A DNA stretch of 50,875 bases, filler included, from Streblomastix strix (taxonomy: Eukaryota): assembly GCA_008636045.1 (NCBI GenBank). It is 3 parts of 3 records of this genome, joined end to end, with 100 filler letters (N's around TTAATTAATTAA, not from the genome) between each part and the next. Parts side by side here need not be neighbours in the genome. Positions count along the whole stretch, not along the records: positions 1 to 16,902 come from SNRW01000751.1; 2 more parts are not named here. One strand, given 5' to 3'. The position numbers and the translations under genes are program-made. Below are positions 1 through 13,500 of this stretch, piece by piece (the stretch's first letter is position 1; every line of letters starts with the position of its first letter). Below the pieces are notes generated by a model. The model saw only the letters and a program-made list of their open reading frames with translations, was not told where the DNA came from and did no database searches.

Positions 1-406
1 GCAAATTTCTTTTTTTTTATTATTATCTAATTTATTAATTATATCTATTAATAACAATGGCGAATATTTACACCTATGCTTATAAATATGCATGAAGTTT
101 ATCAACTTTATTTTCATTGTGATAGTGTTTTATAGTATTACAGCCAGTTGAATTGGAGTCATGAGATAAATCAATATTTAAAAGGATCCGTAATTTGATA
201 ATTTATATCTTATTATATTCACTAGTCATTGTAAAATTTACGATTAAAATTGTAACATGATATTGTTTCAAACGGGGTCTTTCGCTAAAATTAAAAAAAA
301 ATTTTTAGAAATGAAAATAAATTATAATTAATTTTTAAATGAAATTAATTTTAATAAAAAATTTAAAATAAATAAAAATTAAAAAAATAAAATTAAGAAG
401 TTTGGC

Positions 407-425
407 GATCCGATCAGATCGGATC
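407..425. repeat. Perfect 9-bp inverted repeat GATCCGATC-A-GATCGGATC
   Basis: Read directly from the sequence; it contains four GATC units and lies in a very AT-rich intergenic stretch. Confidence 0.75.
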
Positions 426-753
426 AAATTCTAGAGATCATACTCTTAAAATTGAATTTTAAAATCTGTTTTTGGCTAAAAATTACAAAGCAAGCTAAAA
501 TAGATTTTAAAACATAATAATACTAATTTATGCAAATAAATTAATTAAAAACCAAATAAAACTAACAAATATGAAAATATTAAAATATTTAACAAGAAAA
601 TCAAAAAATTTATTAAAATCGATTTTACAACTCGAAACTGCAAAATAGTTCAATTAATTTTATTTTCCATTATTTATATTTATTTTTCAGGTATTTTAAT
701 CTCTTAAACTTCAGTAAATCAACGAATGATGAGCTAGAGAAGGTATTAAAACA

Positions 754-860
754 GAGCTCTACCAATGCGAAATTTGGTTAATTTACTGTCTGCGCCAAAG
801 TGAAGACATCAAAAATGAGCTCTACCAAGTACGAAACATGTTGAAATTGAGCTCTACCAA
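754..860 (+). repeat. Three GAGCTCTACCAA direct repeats; copies 2 and 3 form a 32-bp tandem duplication
   Basis: Copies start at 754, 817 and 849; a partial copy (TCTACCAA) lies at ~941. The region is GC-richer than its flanks and shows no convincing ORF. Confidence 0.7.
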
Positions 861-2373
861 ATATGAAACATGCATAATTTTACTTGTTCCTGAAATTTTA
901 ACTTACTGCTAATTTACTAAAGTTGATGCTGAAAACCATGTCTACCAACATAATGACATCATTTTTGATGTATAACATGCAAATCGCTCGTTGACTTACT
1001 TAAGCTGATGAAAATTAGATGTTGACACAGTACTCGCCTCCTCTATATTATTGTTTATTTCTTAAATAATTTTTTGATCAGATAAATATTAATATCATAT
1101 AATTATGCATTTGAAACTTTAATATATTAAGAATGTTATTTCATTAAGGAAACGTTACAGATTTTTGAAGTGATCGAGGAACTGGTATTTTGGCTTTTTA
1201 CTAAATTTTTTCACTTCGAAAAATTTATTATAGCAATAAATAATTAAATTGTTCAGGTTTCATTTAATCTTATTTTTGAACCAATATAAAAAGAAACACA
1301 TTTTTTAATAAACTATTAAAAGAAAATAAAATTTTATGAAATTTAAAAAAAAATTTAATCTAAAATAATCAATGGGTAAAAAAAAACAGCTTCTCCAAAT
1401 AGTCCAATTATAGGTCCTACCTATCAATTTTGAGTTATAACTAAATTAATGTTCTATGATATGAAACTCATAAATTGGTAAAAAAATTTATAGACGTTAA
1501 TTTGGAAGTTATTGAAAAATCTGATTTTTTTATAATTTTGCTTGAAATACTAGCTTTAATGAATTAATAATTAAATATGTATTAAATGTATTTAAATAAA
1601 CATAAATAATTAAATTAATAATTTTAAATTAAAAATTATTTTATATTGATGTAGTTTATTGATGGATTTCTACAACCAAATTTTTTGGTGCATCATTCTT
1701 CTGATAAGTAGCATACCACCTCTTTTATTCTAAATATAATTTTTATACAAATGCAAAAGCAAATTGAAATTAATGACAATTACAACAAAATTATTTGTGG
1801 ATCCTGCAGAATTTTGATGCAAATTACTGAACATTAAATTCCTTGTTTAACAAGTTCTCTTCTGCCAAACACTTTAAAAACACTAATACGCTTATAATTA
1901 TATATTATTAATTTGTCTTACTTACAAAATATATTTTTTAACATAAACATGTTGAGAAAACTGGGCTGCAACTTAAAATTAACACTCTAACTTTCGCAAT
2001 TTCATTTATTTATTAAATATAGCATTTTTTCAACATTCACTTCATTTAATATTTAACTAGCATGTATAATACAATATTTTAACTATATTTATAATCGAAT
2101 GTTTTTTTCATAAATTCATCCATTTCTCTTCTCCCAAAATAACTTAAACATATTTGATAATATTTATTACCTTTTCCCCTGATATATATCGGTTTTCTAA
2201 AATATTGTAAATATTTAAACAATTAAATATGTCTAATTTTCTTTCCAGACCACATTTTTGATAGAAATAAGTTCAGTATAACATTTTTGAGTTATTTATT
2301 CCTATAGTTAAAAAATAACTTTATTATTTAATTCTTGTTTTAATTTTTATATGTCATAGGATACATATTGGGC

Positions 2374-5300
2374 ATGGGCTGCTGTGGGTCAAAAGTTCCT
2401 ATTTATGATTCTGATGAGGTGAACGAGGATGATACAGATGATATAAAGCCTCATTCTTTCGGAATGGCGAGTGAAAAAATAAATACAGAAAGCATTGATG
2501 ATTAAAATGAAAATACATCTTGTGAAGACAATAAAAGTAGATCAAATTAGTCATCAAATCAAAATGAAGTTGAATTAGAAGATGAACTTCCAAGTTCAAC
2601 AGTTGATATAATAACCAATGGACAAAATGTTTTCCGAATTGTCTGTATGCTTTGTTTTAAATTTTTCCATTTTATTTATTATTTATCAAATTAATATTTG
2701 ACAGATGCAGGTGCAGAAGTTACCTCTTTCGAACAAGAAGCAGCTCGTGTAGTTGAAGCATCTTCAAATTTCCACAACCGGACATTTCCTACTTGGGACT
2801 CAAAAAATCCTCCAAGTTTGAGCCAATCTCGTGATCCATGCTACAGCCCAGAGTCGAAGTATCGTGTTGATACTCTGAAAAGAGAGAAAAATGTTCAGAT
2901 TCTTCGACCACATGAAATTTTCGATGTTGATCCATCTGAACTAGTTTAATATAAACATTTTTATTTATGCTTATATATTATTAATATATATATTGATTAT
3001 GCTTATATATATTATAATATATCTCTTTACTAGCATATCTTCGGACAGAGTGACTGGAGCTGTGTCCAACAAGCGCAAATTGGAGATTGCCAATACATCT
3101 CATCTTTGATAACCATGCGATATATGGAAGACAGATTAGGCGTGCAGATACTCAAAAACAAGCTCTTCCCACAAATCAACGGTACTTCTGCCTACAATCC
3201 CAATGGATAGTACCGACTCCGCGTGCATGTTAATGGGACATGGCGTATATCAGAAATAAACGACGAACTCCCCTGCCATCAACTAGCAGAATGGCAGAAG
3301 CCAGATCACAAACCGCGTTAATTGGCAGCTTCTCATAGCTCTAATCCTGGTGAACTGTGGGTTTCGCTTCTAGAAAAAGCATATCTGCATGTTGTAGGTG
3401 ATGACTATGACTCGAGTTCTGTAAATGGATCTGATGCTATCTTTGCACTTGCGAGATGGATCCCTGATGGAAATTTTGACTTACCACTCATATATGAGAG
3501 TGATCGAGAATTTGAGAAGTTGGAGAGTAGATTGAATAACAACGAGGTTATGACGCTTATATCGATTATGGCTGGTACATTCAGTGAATAAGAAGGAGAG
3601 CGACTTGGTCTGGTTCAACATCATGCATATGCTTTGCTTAGAGTAGTGAAAGTTGGTAATAAGAAGCTTTTCTTAATTAGAAATCCACACAGAGGAAAAG
3701 TTTAGACTGGATAATTGTCAAATTGGGATTAATAAGGGTGGACGCCTGAATTAAGAAGAACGACTGGATTCAAACCAGTTACTTCTGAAGAAGAAGCTAA
3801 AAAAGAAGGATTATTTTGGATGTTATAAGAAGATTGTGAGAAATACTTCAAATAAGGATCATTATGCTGGAATCCTTCATTTTTCTCGTATTCAAAGGAA
3901 TTTCACTTCACGTGGCAGCCTGATGACTATTAGCTTACGAACAGTACTATGAACTACCGCTATGCTCCACAGTTCTTATTCAAAAGGACCTCAAGAACAC
4001 AAATGCTGAAGATTGTGATAAACAGACATTACCAACATGATGTTCCTGTGTCAAAGGATTTTCCAAAAGAAAAGAAAAAGGAAGAGAAAAGTCAAAAAGA
4101 AGAACAAATCAGCGTAACGATGTATTTCTTAAAACATGGGAGAAAAGTTAAAAAACAGACAAATACTGGAAAAGAGATCATCAAAATTATTGGAGATCCT
4201 AATTTCGAACCATCGACTCCAAGAATGTATTCGATTGATCCCAATATAATCACAGTAAGTGCAGGTTCATCGCACATCAAAGTACTGAATGTTGGAATTA
4301 GAGATCAGGATGATCTTTATGAAAAACTGAAAAAAGATTAAAAAGATGATCCAACGATGGAGGAAGAATTTGCAGATTTTGTTGGATATTTCACAGCAGT
4401 TATGCGACTCTATGAAATTCCTAAACGAACTCAAAACGAGCTTAGATTCTCTGTTTATGTATTTTCTAATGAGCCAATACAATGTTCGAGGATTCCTGTT
4501 CATGTTCCAGAAGAAAGAACAATTATTTCCCTCTGGCCTTCAAAACCAATGATGAGGTTCGGTGTACAAGACATAAATACAGTTAAAGTTGGAAGTGCAA
4601 CATTAGCTTAATGGATCGACAAGCAATTCCTTAGAAGGAAATCTGGATTGGTGAATGTTTCAGCACCAATTGCAAGCAAGAATAAATTAATGCAATTCTT
4701 CACAGATGATAATGGATAGAAAGATGAAGGATTGTTTGAAATATTCTAACGTGCAACATAATCAATTTTCTCTCCGCAGTATATTTTCACACTGATTCCT
4801 TATTCAAATGCTAAAAACTTTGGTAGTGAATTAATCTTGCAAGGCGAGTGGAGCAATTAAAAACCTATAGGCAACGCAGAATGCAAAGTTGAAGCTTTCA
4901 TAGATTATAAAGTGTTAGCGTCTGATTTCCCTCATATAATCAATGCAGGGGATTAAAGTAAAGAGACTGAAAATAATCAGTTCATCGAAAGACTTCACAT
5001 TCTTCCTTTAAAACGTGATTGGGTGAAGAAATGGAGTGCAAGTGAGAGAATTCTTCTTGAAGCTCCCAATAAAGGACCTGGGAATTAATTCACAATACAA
5101 ATTGCTCCTTTTTTGGATTTCAGATTATGGGATATTAGAGATGAGCATAAAATTAGTTACATACCACCTGCTGGTTACTAGTGTAATGTTGAGAATATTT
5201 TGGCACCTTGGCAGTCAATGAAGCATGAAGTAAGCTTTAATGGTGTTATTCATCGGAAACCAAGGCGAAGTATTGACGATTACAATTTCACACACAATTA

Positions 5301-7167
5301 TGAGATCATGAGGGTTCCATCCAAAACAGACATTTTCATCTTGTTTATTGTTATATCAGAGAGCGATTGGAAATTTTCAAGCAATCCATAATTTAAATTG
5401 CATCAGATTGGTAATACAATTGAAGATTATGGAATTGATGAGCGTTAAACGATGGACGAATCTGCTGCAGCTAAAATATAAAGGATGCTTGATTCATAGG
5501 AAGATTGCAAAGACAAATTAGTATGGAATTTTGATTCTGTTAATAAAGAAGAAAAAATGACAAATTATGAAATAAGAAGAATAAAGAAAAGCGAAGAAGA
5601 ACATAGAATAATCAGAGCATAAAAAGAAGCTAAAAAAGAAGAAGAAAAAGAAAAAAAGAGGAAAGAATGGGAATAAAAAAAGAAAAACAATAAATCGTTA
5701 GAAGGAGACGATGATCTGGATGATGAACCATTTGTATACATCGATGAATCACCAATAGATGAAGAGAAAGATGTAGATTTCTATGATTGGAAGAAAGTTA
5801 CTCTAGGATGGAAATATGGAGCTTGTTCACTAACAAGTGGTTCTGATTATATATTTGATATCAGTGCATAAGGTCCTGATCCAGTGAAATTCTGGTGTTT
5901 CGTGTGGACAGAATGTCCTGCTGAGCTTCTTAGCTTGGGAAATACTATACAAGATCCATCTGCAATTCCTAATTTATCTACATTTCCTATTCTAAACCCA
6001 TATCAAAATTGGGTACGAGATATTTGGCCAACGAGGCCCACAATCCAGAATTTGAAGAAAGCTGTGAGATTAAATATTGATGGAGTTTAAACAGTGATGT
6101 TAAATAAGTCTGTTCCAACAAACAGAATAAACAATGTTATTGATAAGAAGGAACTCATATAACTTCTTGGTAGTTAAGATAAAGCACTTCTGTATTATTT
6201 AGGGACAGTGTAATTATTTGGTCCACTTTATGATATCATATGCTATCCAAAAGAAAATGCATAAGAATTCAAATCAAACGTTCAAATCAAAGTTAAATTC
6301 GACGGAGGTGTGAAAGGAATGATAATACCAACACCGTTACTAAAAGAGAACCAATAATAAATTGTCTAATCTGGAGAAAAAGGTTTGTAACCAGAGCATA
6401 TTAAACTTCCAAATAGAAATGCACCAATTACATTATATCCAAACTGGTCACGAGCCTCAGAGAAAAGCATCAATGAAGACTTTGAGAAATCTGGAACAGA
6501 TCAAAATGTTGATGTCTGCAAACACGTAATGCGCGTTTTTCCATTTATGGAGTTTGAAAGCATAAATAGTAAAGATACATTCACAATAAAATACACATCA
6601 CCAGATGGTTATTATGCGAATGTTGAGAGAGTTCAATCACCTTGGGAAGATTTGGCATATGAGTGCGTTTGGGAAGACACAGTATTCGACACAAGTCCAG
6701 AATAGCTTTAAAATTCTGATTATTATAAATATCGGTTTTGCATAATACGAACTTCTAAACCAACAGACATTTTCATATAAATCTTAACTTTCTGCAGAAG
6801 TTAGTACAGGTATATGAGGTAACCATCTTTCAAAGTGAGTAAATTTGATGAGAAAAAATATACTTTATAGGATATTAGAACTAAACTTGAAAAATTGAAG
6901 AAGGATCAGGTGAATATGATTGTAAACAACAAAGACCCAATCTTCTACAGTGATGACAAATGTCTATCCGAGTCTACTGCGTGGAATTATAAAGACGAAT
7001 CAGGGAATGATGTCAAAATGTGCTTCCCATGTGCTCAGAGCAGACTTCCGGAAGCTGGTGATTACCTTTTAGAGTTCAAATTACAAGGGCCAGATATACT
7101 CACTTTGATAGGCTTCATTTGGACAGATAATTGCCCTGTTGAGGTATTCTATCTCGCTAAATAATGA
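2374..7167 (+). CDS. Calpain-7/PalB-like cysteine protease (~1,550 aa) with an N-terminal MGCCGSK acylation motif and about three C-terminal calpain beta-sandwich-like repeats
   Basis: With TAR=Gln all + ORF fragments (2698, 3322, 3949, 4357, 5200, 5884, 6895) share one frame from ATG 2374 to TGA 7165-7167. Triad motifs are VQQAQIGDCQYISSL (Cys), GLVQHHAYALL (His) and LIRNPH (Asn). YNPNGQYRLRVHVNGTWR and LWVSLLEKAYLHV..LARWIPD are CAPN7/PalB-type. Probable GT-AG introns at 2645-2704 and 2944-3033. Confidence 0.9.
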
Positions 7168-7583
7168 GATATTTTTGATTATTATTCATACTTACATGAT
7201 AGAATAAGAACTTATTGGTCTTAATATCGGCAAATATTTTTAAATTTACATTTCTCCTTACTTTAATGATGATATTATTTTATTTTGTATCCACTTCAAT
7301 TTAAACTTAATATTAATAATTTTTTGAGCAGTTGTTCGAGTTTAGCTCCTTATCACCACGCTGTTATTCACAACATAAAAAGAAATATTAATATAAAATA
7401 ACACATAATAATTTCTTTAGATATTAATTCGAATTTATTCCATTAAACACAAGGTTATTAATATAAAATTATCAGAAAATACAAATTAAATCAATGAAAT
7501 GGAATACAAAAATACAAAAGACATCAACTTTTGAGTGAGTATGTTAAATCTGGACAAACATGCTATAATCATTATGAATTTAT

Positions 7584-10500
7584 TCATTTAGTATTTGAAG
7601 AAGTTCCTTAATCATTATCATTTTCTTTAGAAGAAATAGATAGTGGAGTCTGAAGTGGTGGATTGGAGTTATTATTGATCTTATTTACATTATTGTTTGT
7701 TTATTCTGTATCAATTATCTTCGTTGTTTTATTTTGATTTATTGGATTAATTATACTGTTTGCCATCAAATTACTTCCAATCAATTTGTTACCAAAAGTT
7801 GGTACAAAGTTTGAACCAAGAATTGGAGCAGGAATTCCCAAAGTTTTACTGGTACCATTAACTTATTCGATGTGTAAGCCATTCAAATTATTTGAAGTGA
7901 ATGAATTTGAACTTGTATTAATATTAGTAAGTGGAATTTTAGATTATGATGATAATAAAGTAAAAGATTATGAGAGTAGTGGAGAGAGATTAGAATTAAC
8001 TGGTTTAATATTTGCATTTATGTTCATATTTGAATTTGTATTTATGCCAGGATTCCCGTTAACTGTAGGAATAATCATATTTCTTTGGTTTCCTCCCATG
8101 AAAAGAAACGGATTGAACTTCATGGTTTAATTAATTTGGCTATCTTTATTAAATGTTGGAGAATTTTACTAATTATTACTATTTGTTAATGAATTCGTAT
8201 TATTAATTTAATGTGAATTAGAATTTGAATTTCCATTTGTATTTGAGCTAGATTTTGTGTTTAGTGGAGAAAACGATTCGGAAGTTAATGGTTTGTAATT
8301 TGATTATGGGATAAGTTATTGCATTGAATGAGATTAAGACGATTATGTAAATGGCTGTGAATATTGCGATGAAAGATGTTATTTATGATAGAATGTTGGA
8401 GAAACATTATATGGATACATTGTATGTGGATCATAAAATGGTTACTGAAGTTGGTTACTGATTAAATTGCTATTAATGATACTTGAACTACTATTATTTG
8501 AACCGATATTATTTGAATTAACGCCGAAACTGTTTGATGGACTGCTAGATATTTACTTTGGTAATAATAATGAATTCAAAACAGGTGAATGTTATGGACT
8601 GGCAGTTCCAAGTTACGATTGTTACTAATTTTACTACTATCTTTATTATTATAAAAGTATTTATGAGTTCTATTATAACTATATTTCTTATTGAAGTTAT
8701 TGTTATCTAAATGCTTTCAATTTATCATTTTACATCCTTTGCTAAAATTACAATTAAACCTACATTTCGTTTCTTTCTCTTTGCAACGTTGCATTTTTAT
8801 CATTTAAATTACTGCTACTGTTATTACCTGCTGATTTGCTGAGTTTCTTTGTTTTTTTGTTAGTTTATTTGGATTATTTATTAGATTTCTCTTATTTGTT
8901 CAATGCTGGGCTAATCTTTGTTTTTGAACTTTCAATATTCATGCTATTACTATTAACATCGTTTTATTATTATAATAATTGAGCATTTTATTAGTCAGTA
9001 TTAATTGGAATAATCTGAGATGAAGACTAATAACTGGAAGAAGAAGAAGATGATGATGAATCAGAAGTTGTTGTTGAAGATAAAGATCCTGAAGAAGTAA
9101 AAGATGAACTTTGTTATTAGAGCAATAATTATTGTTATTATTAGGATGATAATAAACGAAATGTTGGTATATTGGTTATAGCATTATTATTATTTGCGCT
9201 TAAATTTTGTTATTGTATTAATCCATTCTAAAGTAAATTTTTATTTTTAGTATTTCTTTTTCCACTTTATAAACTATTATTTTCACAATCAATCTATATT
9301 TCTTTCTCAATTTATTCATCTTTTTATATCTCTTTTTCATTTTCTTTTAATCCGATTTAATCAATACCATCTTTCGATATAACTTGTACTTCAGTTTCTT
9401 CATCATAAAGATCATTATCATCATCTTCATCATCCTCATAATCACTTTATTTCCTTTTTCGGTTTCTTTTGCTTTTATTTTTAGATTTTGATTTAACTTT
9501 AGATTTTGTTTCTTATCTTTTATTTTTGCTTTTTGTTCTTGGCTTTGTTTATGATGATTAGTTTCCAGTCAAATTTTGTTTTTCTTTCAAATTTTCATTT
9601 TTATCAGTTTATATACTATCATTTTAAACCAAATTCTAATCCTACTTATCAATATCCATTTGCATACTTTTATCATTAACCTGAGGAATCATGCTAAAAT
9701 TAATATTCTAATTACTAAGTGAACTAAAATTTAAATTTATATTAAGATTACGGTGTGGAGGTGAGATTTGAAGTGGTGATTGTGATAATGATAAAGAAAG
9801 CGATGAAAGTGATTAATGAGATGTAGTTGTTTATTATGTTGATTAAGATGATGAAGAAGAAGAAGATGATTATGATGATGATTATGATGAGGATGAAGAT
9901 CCTGTTGAACTGATAGTTCGATTTGTATAGATTGTTTCTGATAGTAATTATTCGTTGTTATTATCTTTTTGATTATTATTAATGTTTTAATTTTCTGTAT
10001 TATTAGTTAATTATTAAATCTATTTTTCATTGGCCTATTCATTATTTTATTCAAAATCTTTAATCATTCTATTATTTAAAGAGTTTTCTTCAATATTATT
10101 TTTTAATTCATTATTATTGTCATTCTATTAGAGATTTTCAACTTTGTTCTATTTAAATGGAGTCTTTTTTAATTTTGAAGCGGATGATTTCTTTCTACCA
10201 CCGCTTTTAGCTCGTTTGCTTTACTTTCCTTTGGATTTCCCTTTAGATTTGCTTTTTCCTCTTGATTTTGATTTACTGTTGTTTTAGTTTTTATTTGATG
10301 GAGACTTTTTTATTAAAGGACTTGTTTATTAATTTTTTTGTAAATTCATATTTATGGAGGTATTGTTACTATTGTTATTATTATCCCCAATTTCACTGTA
10401 TTCAAAACTTAATGCACTTTAATTCAAATTACTACTGCTCATATTCAGATTATCACTATTATCAATTTCATTATCTTTCTCATTATTTTCTATCTTTTGT

Positions 10501-13500
10501 TTTCTTCCAATATCTTTACCTTTGCCAATCCCTCTTTTTCTTTCTTCTTCAAACGCTCTTACTGTTCGCATATCCGCTAGCAGAGATTTTTGAACAGGAA
10601 TGTTTTTACTCATATTCTGCAGTTGTGATTATTAATTTTATTACAGTAATGATTGTTGCAAATTAGAGGTACCCAATTATTAATTATTATTATATAGTGC
10701 AGATGTTTATGATGTAAATTATGGAGTTATTGGAAGTGAATATGGATATTGGGAATTTGTATTTGAAGGTAAAGAATGAGATGCATTAGAAGAATGGACT
10801 GAATTTTGAGACAATTATGAATTATTATGACTTGAATTATAATGTAATGGTAAAGATAGATCATTTCTTCCACTTGATAATGTTTATTTTTCATTCAATA
10901 AGCTATTATGATCGTTCATATTATTATTATTGTTATTATTAAGGTTGTTTCTGTTCATGCTATTCATATGCATATTGAAAAATCTTTAATTGGGAGAAAA
11001 CGGGTTTATCTGAAACGGTTCTGGCGAATTAAACCTAGACGATGATTATGAATGCGTCCGCGGATGAACAAACATATCAGATTCAGAAACATCAATTAGG
11101 TTTGCTCCATCTGATGACGAATATGATGAAGATGAAGAAGAATATGAAGGAGATGAATATGATTATGATTATGATTAATTTGAATGTGAATGTGATCTTG
11201 ATCTTGAACGGATTGATTATTTGGAAGAATATGAAGAATACGATTATGATGGTGATAATCGTGTTGATTTATCATTATCGGATGATTCTGATGATTGAAG
11301 GATATTTCCTTGTAATTTCTTATTTTTTTATTATTAATGTTTTTACTATGAATGTAACTATGAGTTTTCTTTCTTCATCTCTCTTTCATGCAAATATTCA
11401 TTAGAATTCTGAGTTTCTTTCTTAAATTAATCATTTTCATTCTCATTATAATTTTCAGTTTCAGTTTCGTTGTCAATACTTGCCAAACTCTCAGTTCTTG
11501 TAATTTGGGACTTTTGTATTATTTACTTCATTCTTGACATGTCTTTCCCTCCTCTTCTCAAATTCATTTCTTCATTATCATTGTTATTATAATTATTTTT
11601 ATTATTTTCAATTAAATTTCTATTCATTTCTGATTTAAATTGCTACTTGTTATTATTGTTATCTTTTATTTTTAATTTAAATGGCTCATTTTCTTTGGAA
11701 TTTTCATCCAATTCGTTTTCTTTCTCTGTATCATTCTCATTTAAAAGCAACTCTCTTCTAATTGGAACCTAATCATCGTCCGTATCATTATTACTATTTC
11801 CAGCTGATTTTAAATCAGATTTTAAAACAAAATTTTAATTGTTCAATTTTTAGATTGTAGAATTTGAATTGACTTTGTTTTTAGCTTAATTACCAACTTC
11901 TTTATTGAAATTTGAATTATTATGATTATTGTGATGATGATGATGATGAAGAAGAGGATTGTTATTAATGTTATTCTGATTAGAATGATGATGAGAATGA
12001 TGATGATTATGCAAAACAATTTAATTAAATATTTGAGGAGTTTACTCTGTTTAATGCAAATTGTTGTTGCTATTATTATTATTATTCAATTAATTATTGC
12101 CATTATTGTTATTTGATTAATTAATATTAATATTATTTTTATTTCTTTAATTGCCATGATCATGCTTATGATGGTGTTTGTGTATTCGCTGATTTATATT
12201 TCCATTTTATCCTTAATTTTATCCTAAATCTTATTTTTAATCTTAATTTAAATTCTAATTCAAATTTTAATTCAATATCTAATTAGAAAAATGAAATGAT
12301 GGAGATGAAGATCGCGAAGAAGTTGAAGGCGAACTGGAAGAAGAAGAAGAAGCAGAAGAAGATGAGGATGTTGAAAAAGAAGAGTTGTTTCTGCTCAATT
12401 GATTTTCATTGCGTAACCCTCTGTAATTTAATTTATTACTTTTCGTTTTGCTATGGTGATGTTTATGGCCCGGATTTCTAAATTTATTTTATTTTTGGTT
12501 CTATTTCTCATTCCTATTGATGTTTTCATATGACGAAAAATATGAAGAAGAGTTAGAAGATGATAATTATTATGGAAAGCGAGAATTAAAGCTATTGTTG
12601 CTTGTAATGCTGAATGATGGAGTACGAAGTGTATGTGGTATATTATTAAATTGATTCATTTAGTTTAAATAAGGAAGATTAAATTGCGATTGAGGCTGAT
12701 TGTACATTGATGAGTTTTAATTGTATGATGATGTATAAGGTAATTGGTACGGAGAATATTATGTTGAATGTTGATATGACTAATTTAAATAATTTGAATA
12801 TTATCTCCCTCCAAAACCACCAGTGTTATTAATTCCTTTTTTATTTCTCAAATTTTAATTAATTTTATTATTTAGGTTTAAATTTAAATTAGTATTTTTG
12901 TTTTTCTTCAATTTGGAGGATTTTGAAGATTATGATCTCATTCTTTTCACCTATTTCTTAAGACTTTATTTACTGCCTGGAACAAGTGGAAATTGCAACA
13001 AATTTTACTGATATAATTATTAGTCATTCAAATTATTACTATTATTCATCAACAATAATTTATTTTTAGCGTTTTTACCTTTCTTTGTTCTTTGCCAACC
13101 ATTGTTCTTCTTCTTCTTTCTCTTCTTCACTTACTTGATAACAATTTCATTTTGATTAGAATCATTATTCTGATTTTACTTTTATTGATCATCAGCAGTA
13201 TTATTATTATTATTGTTGTTGTTGTTATTTCCTAATTTATTTTTTTTAGGTTATTATCTAGAAGAATAATTTGATTATTCATAAGAAGGTAAGGTTGACA
13301 ATAATAATGCTCTTCTATTTTGTAATATTCCAGGGGATTGCAACTATTGATCTTATATTTAATTGAGCGTACTGTTAGAGTTATTCTATTTTTGTTATTC
13401 CTATTATTATGATTAATTTAGTTTTAATTGTTATATATTATTTTTATCACCATTTCCATCAACTTATGTATTAGAAATATCTTTTGTATTAGAAGTTCCA

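Noticed and set aside
754..860. CRISPR-like repeat-spacer array
   Set aside because: The repeats are only 12 bp with irregular spacing and mutually similar spacers, in a eukaryotic context with no cas genes.
1650..2005. Possible small minus-strand gene or transposase fragment
   Set aside because: There are coding-like patches, but I could not build a consistent frame or recognise any motif.
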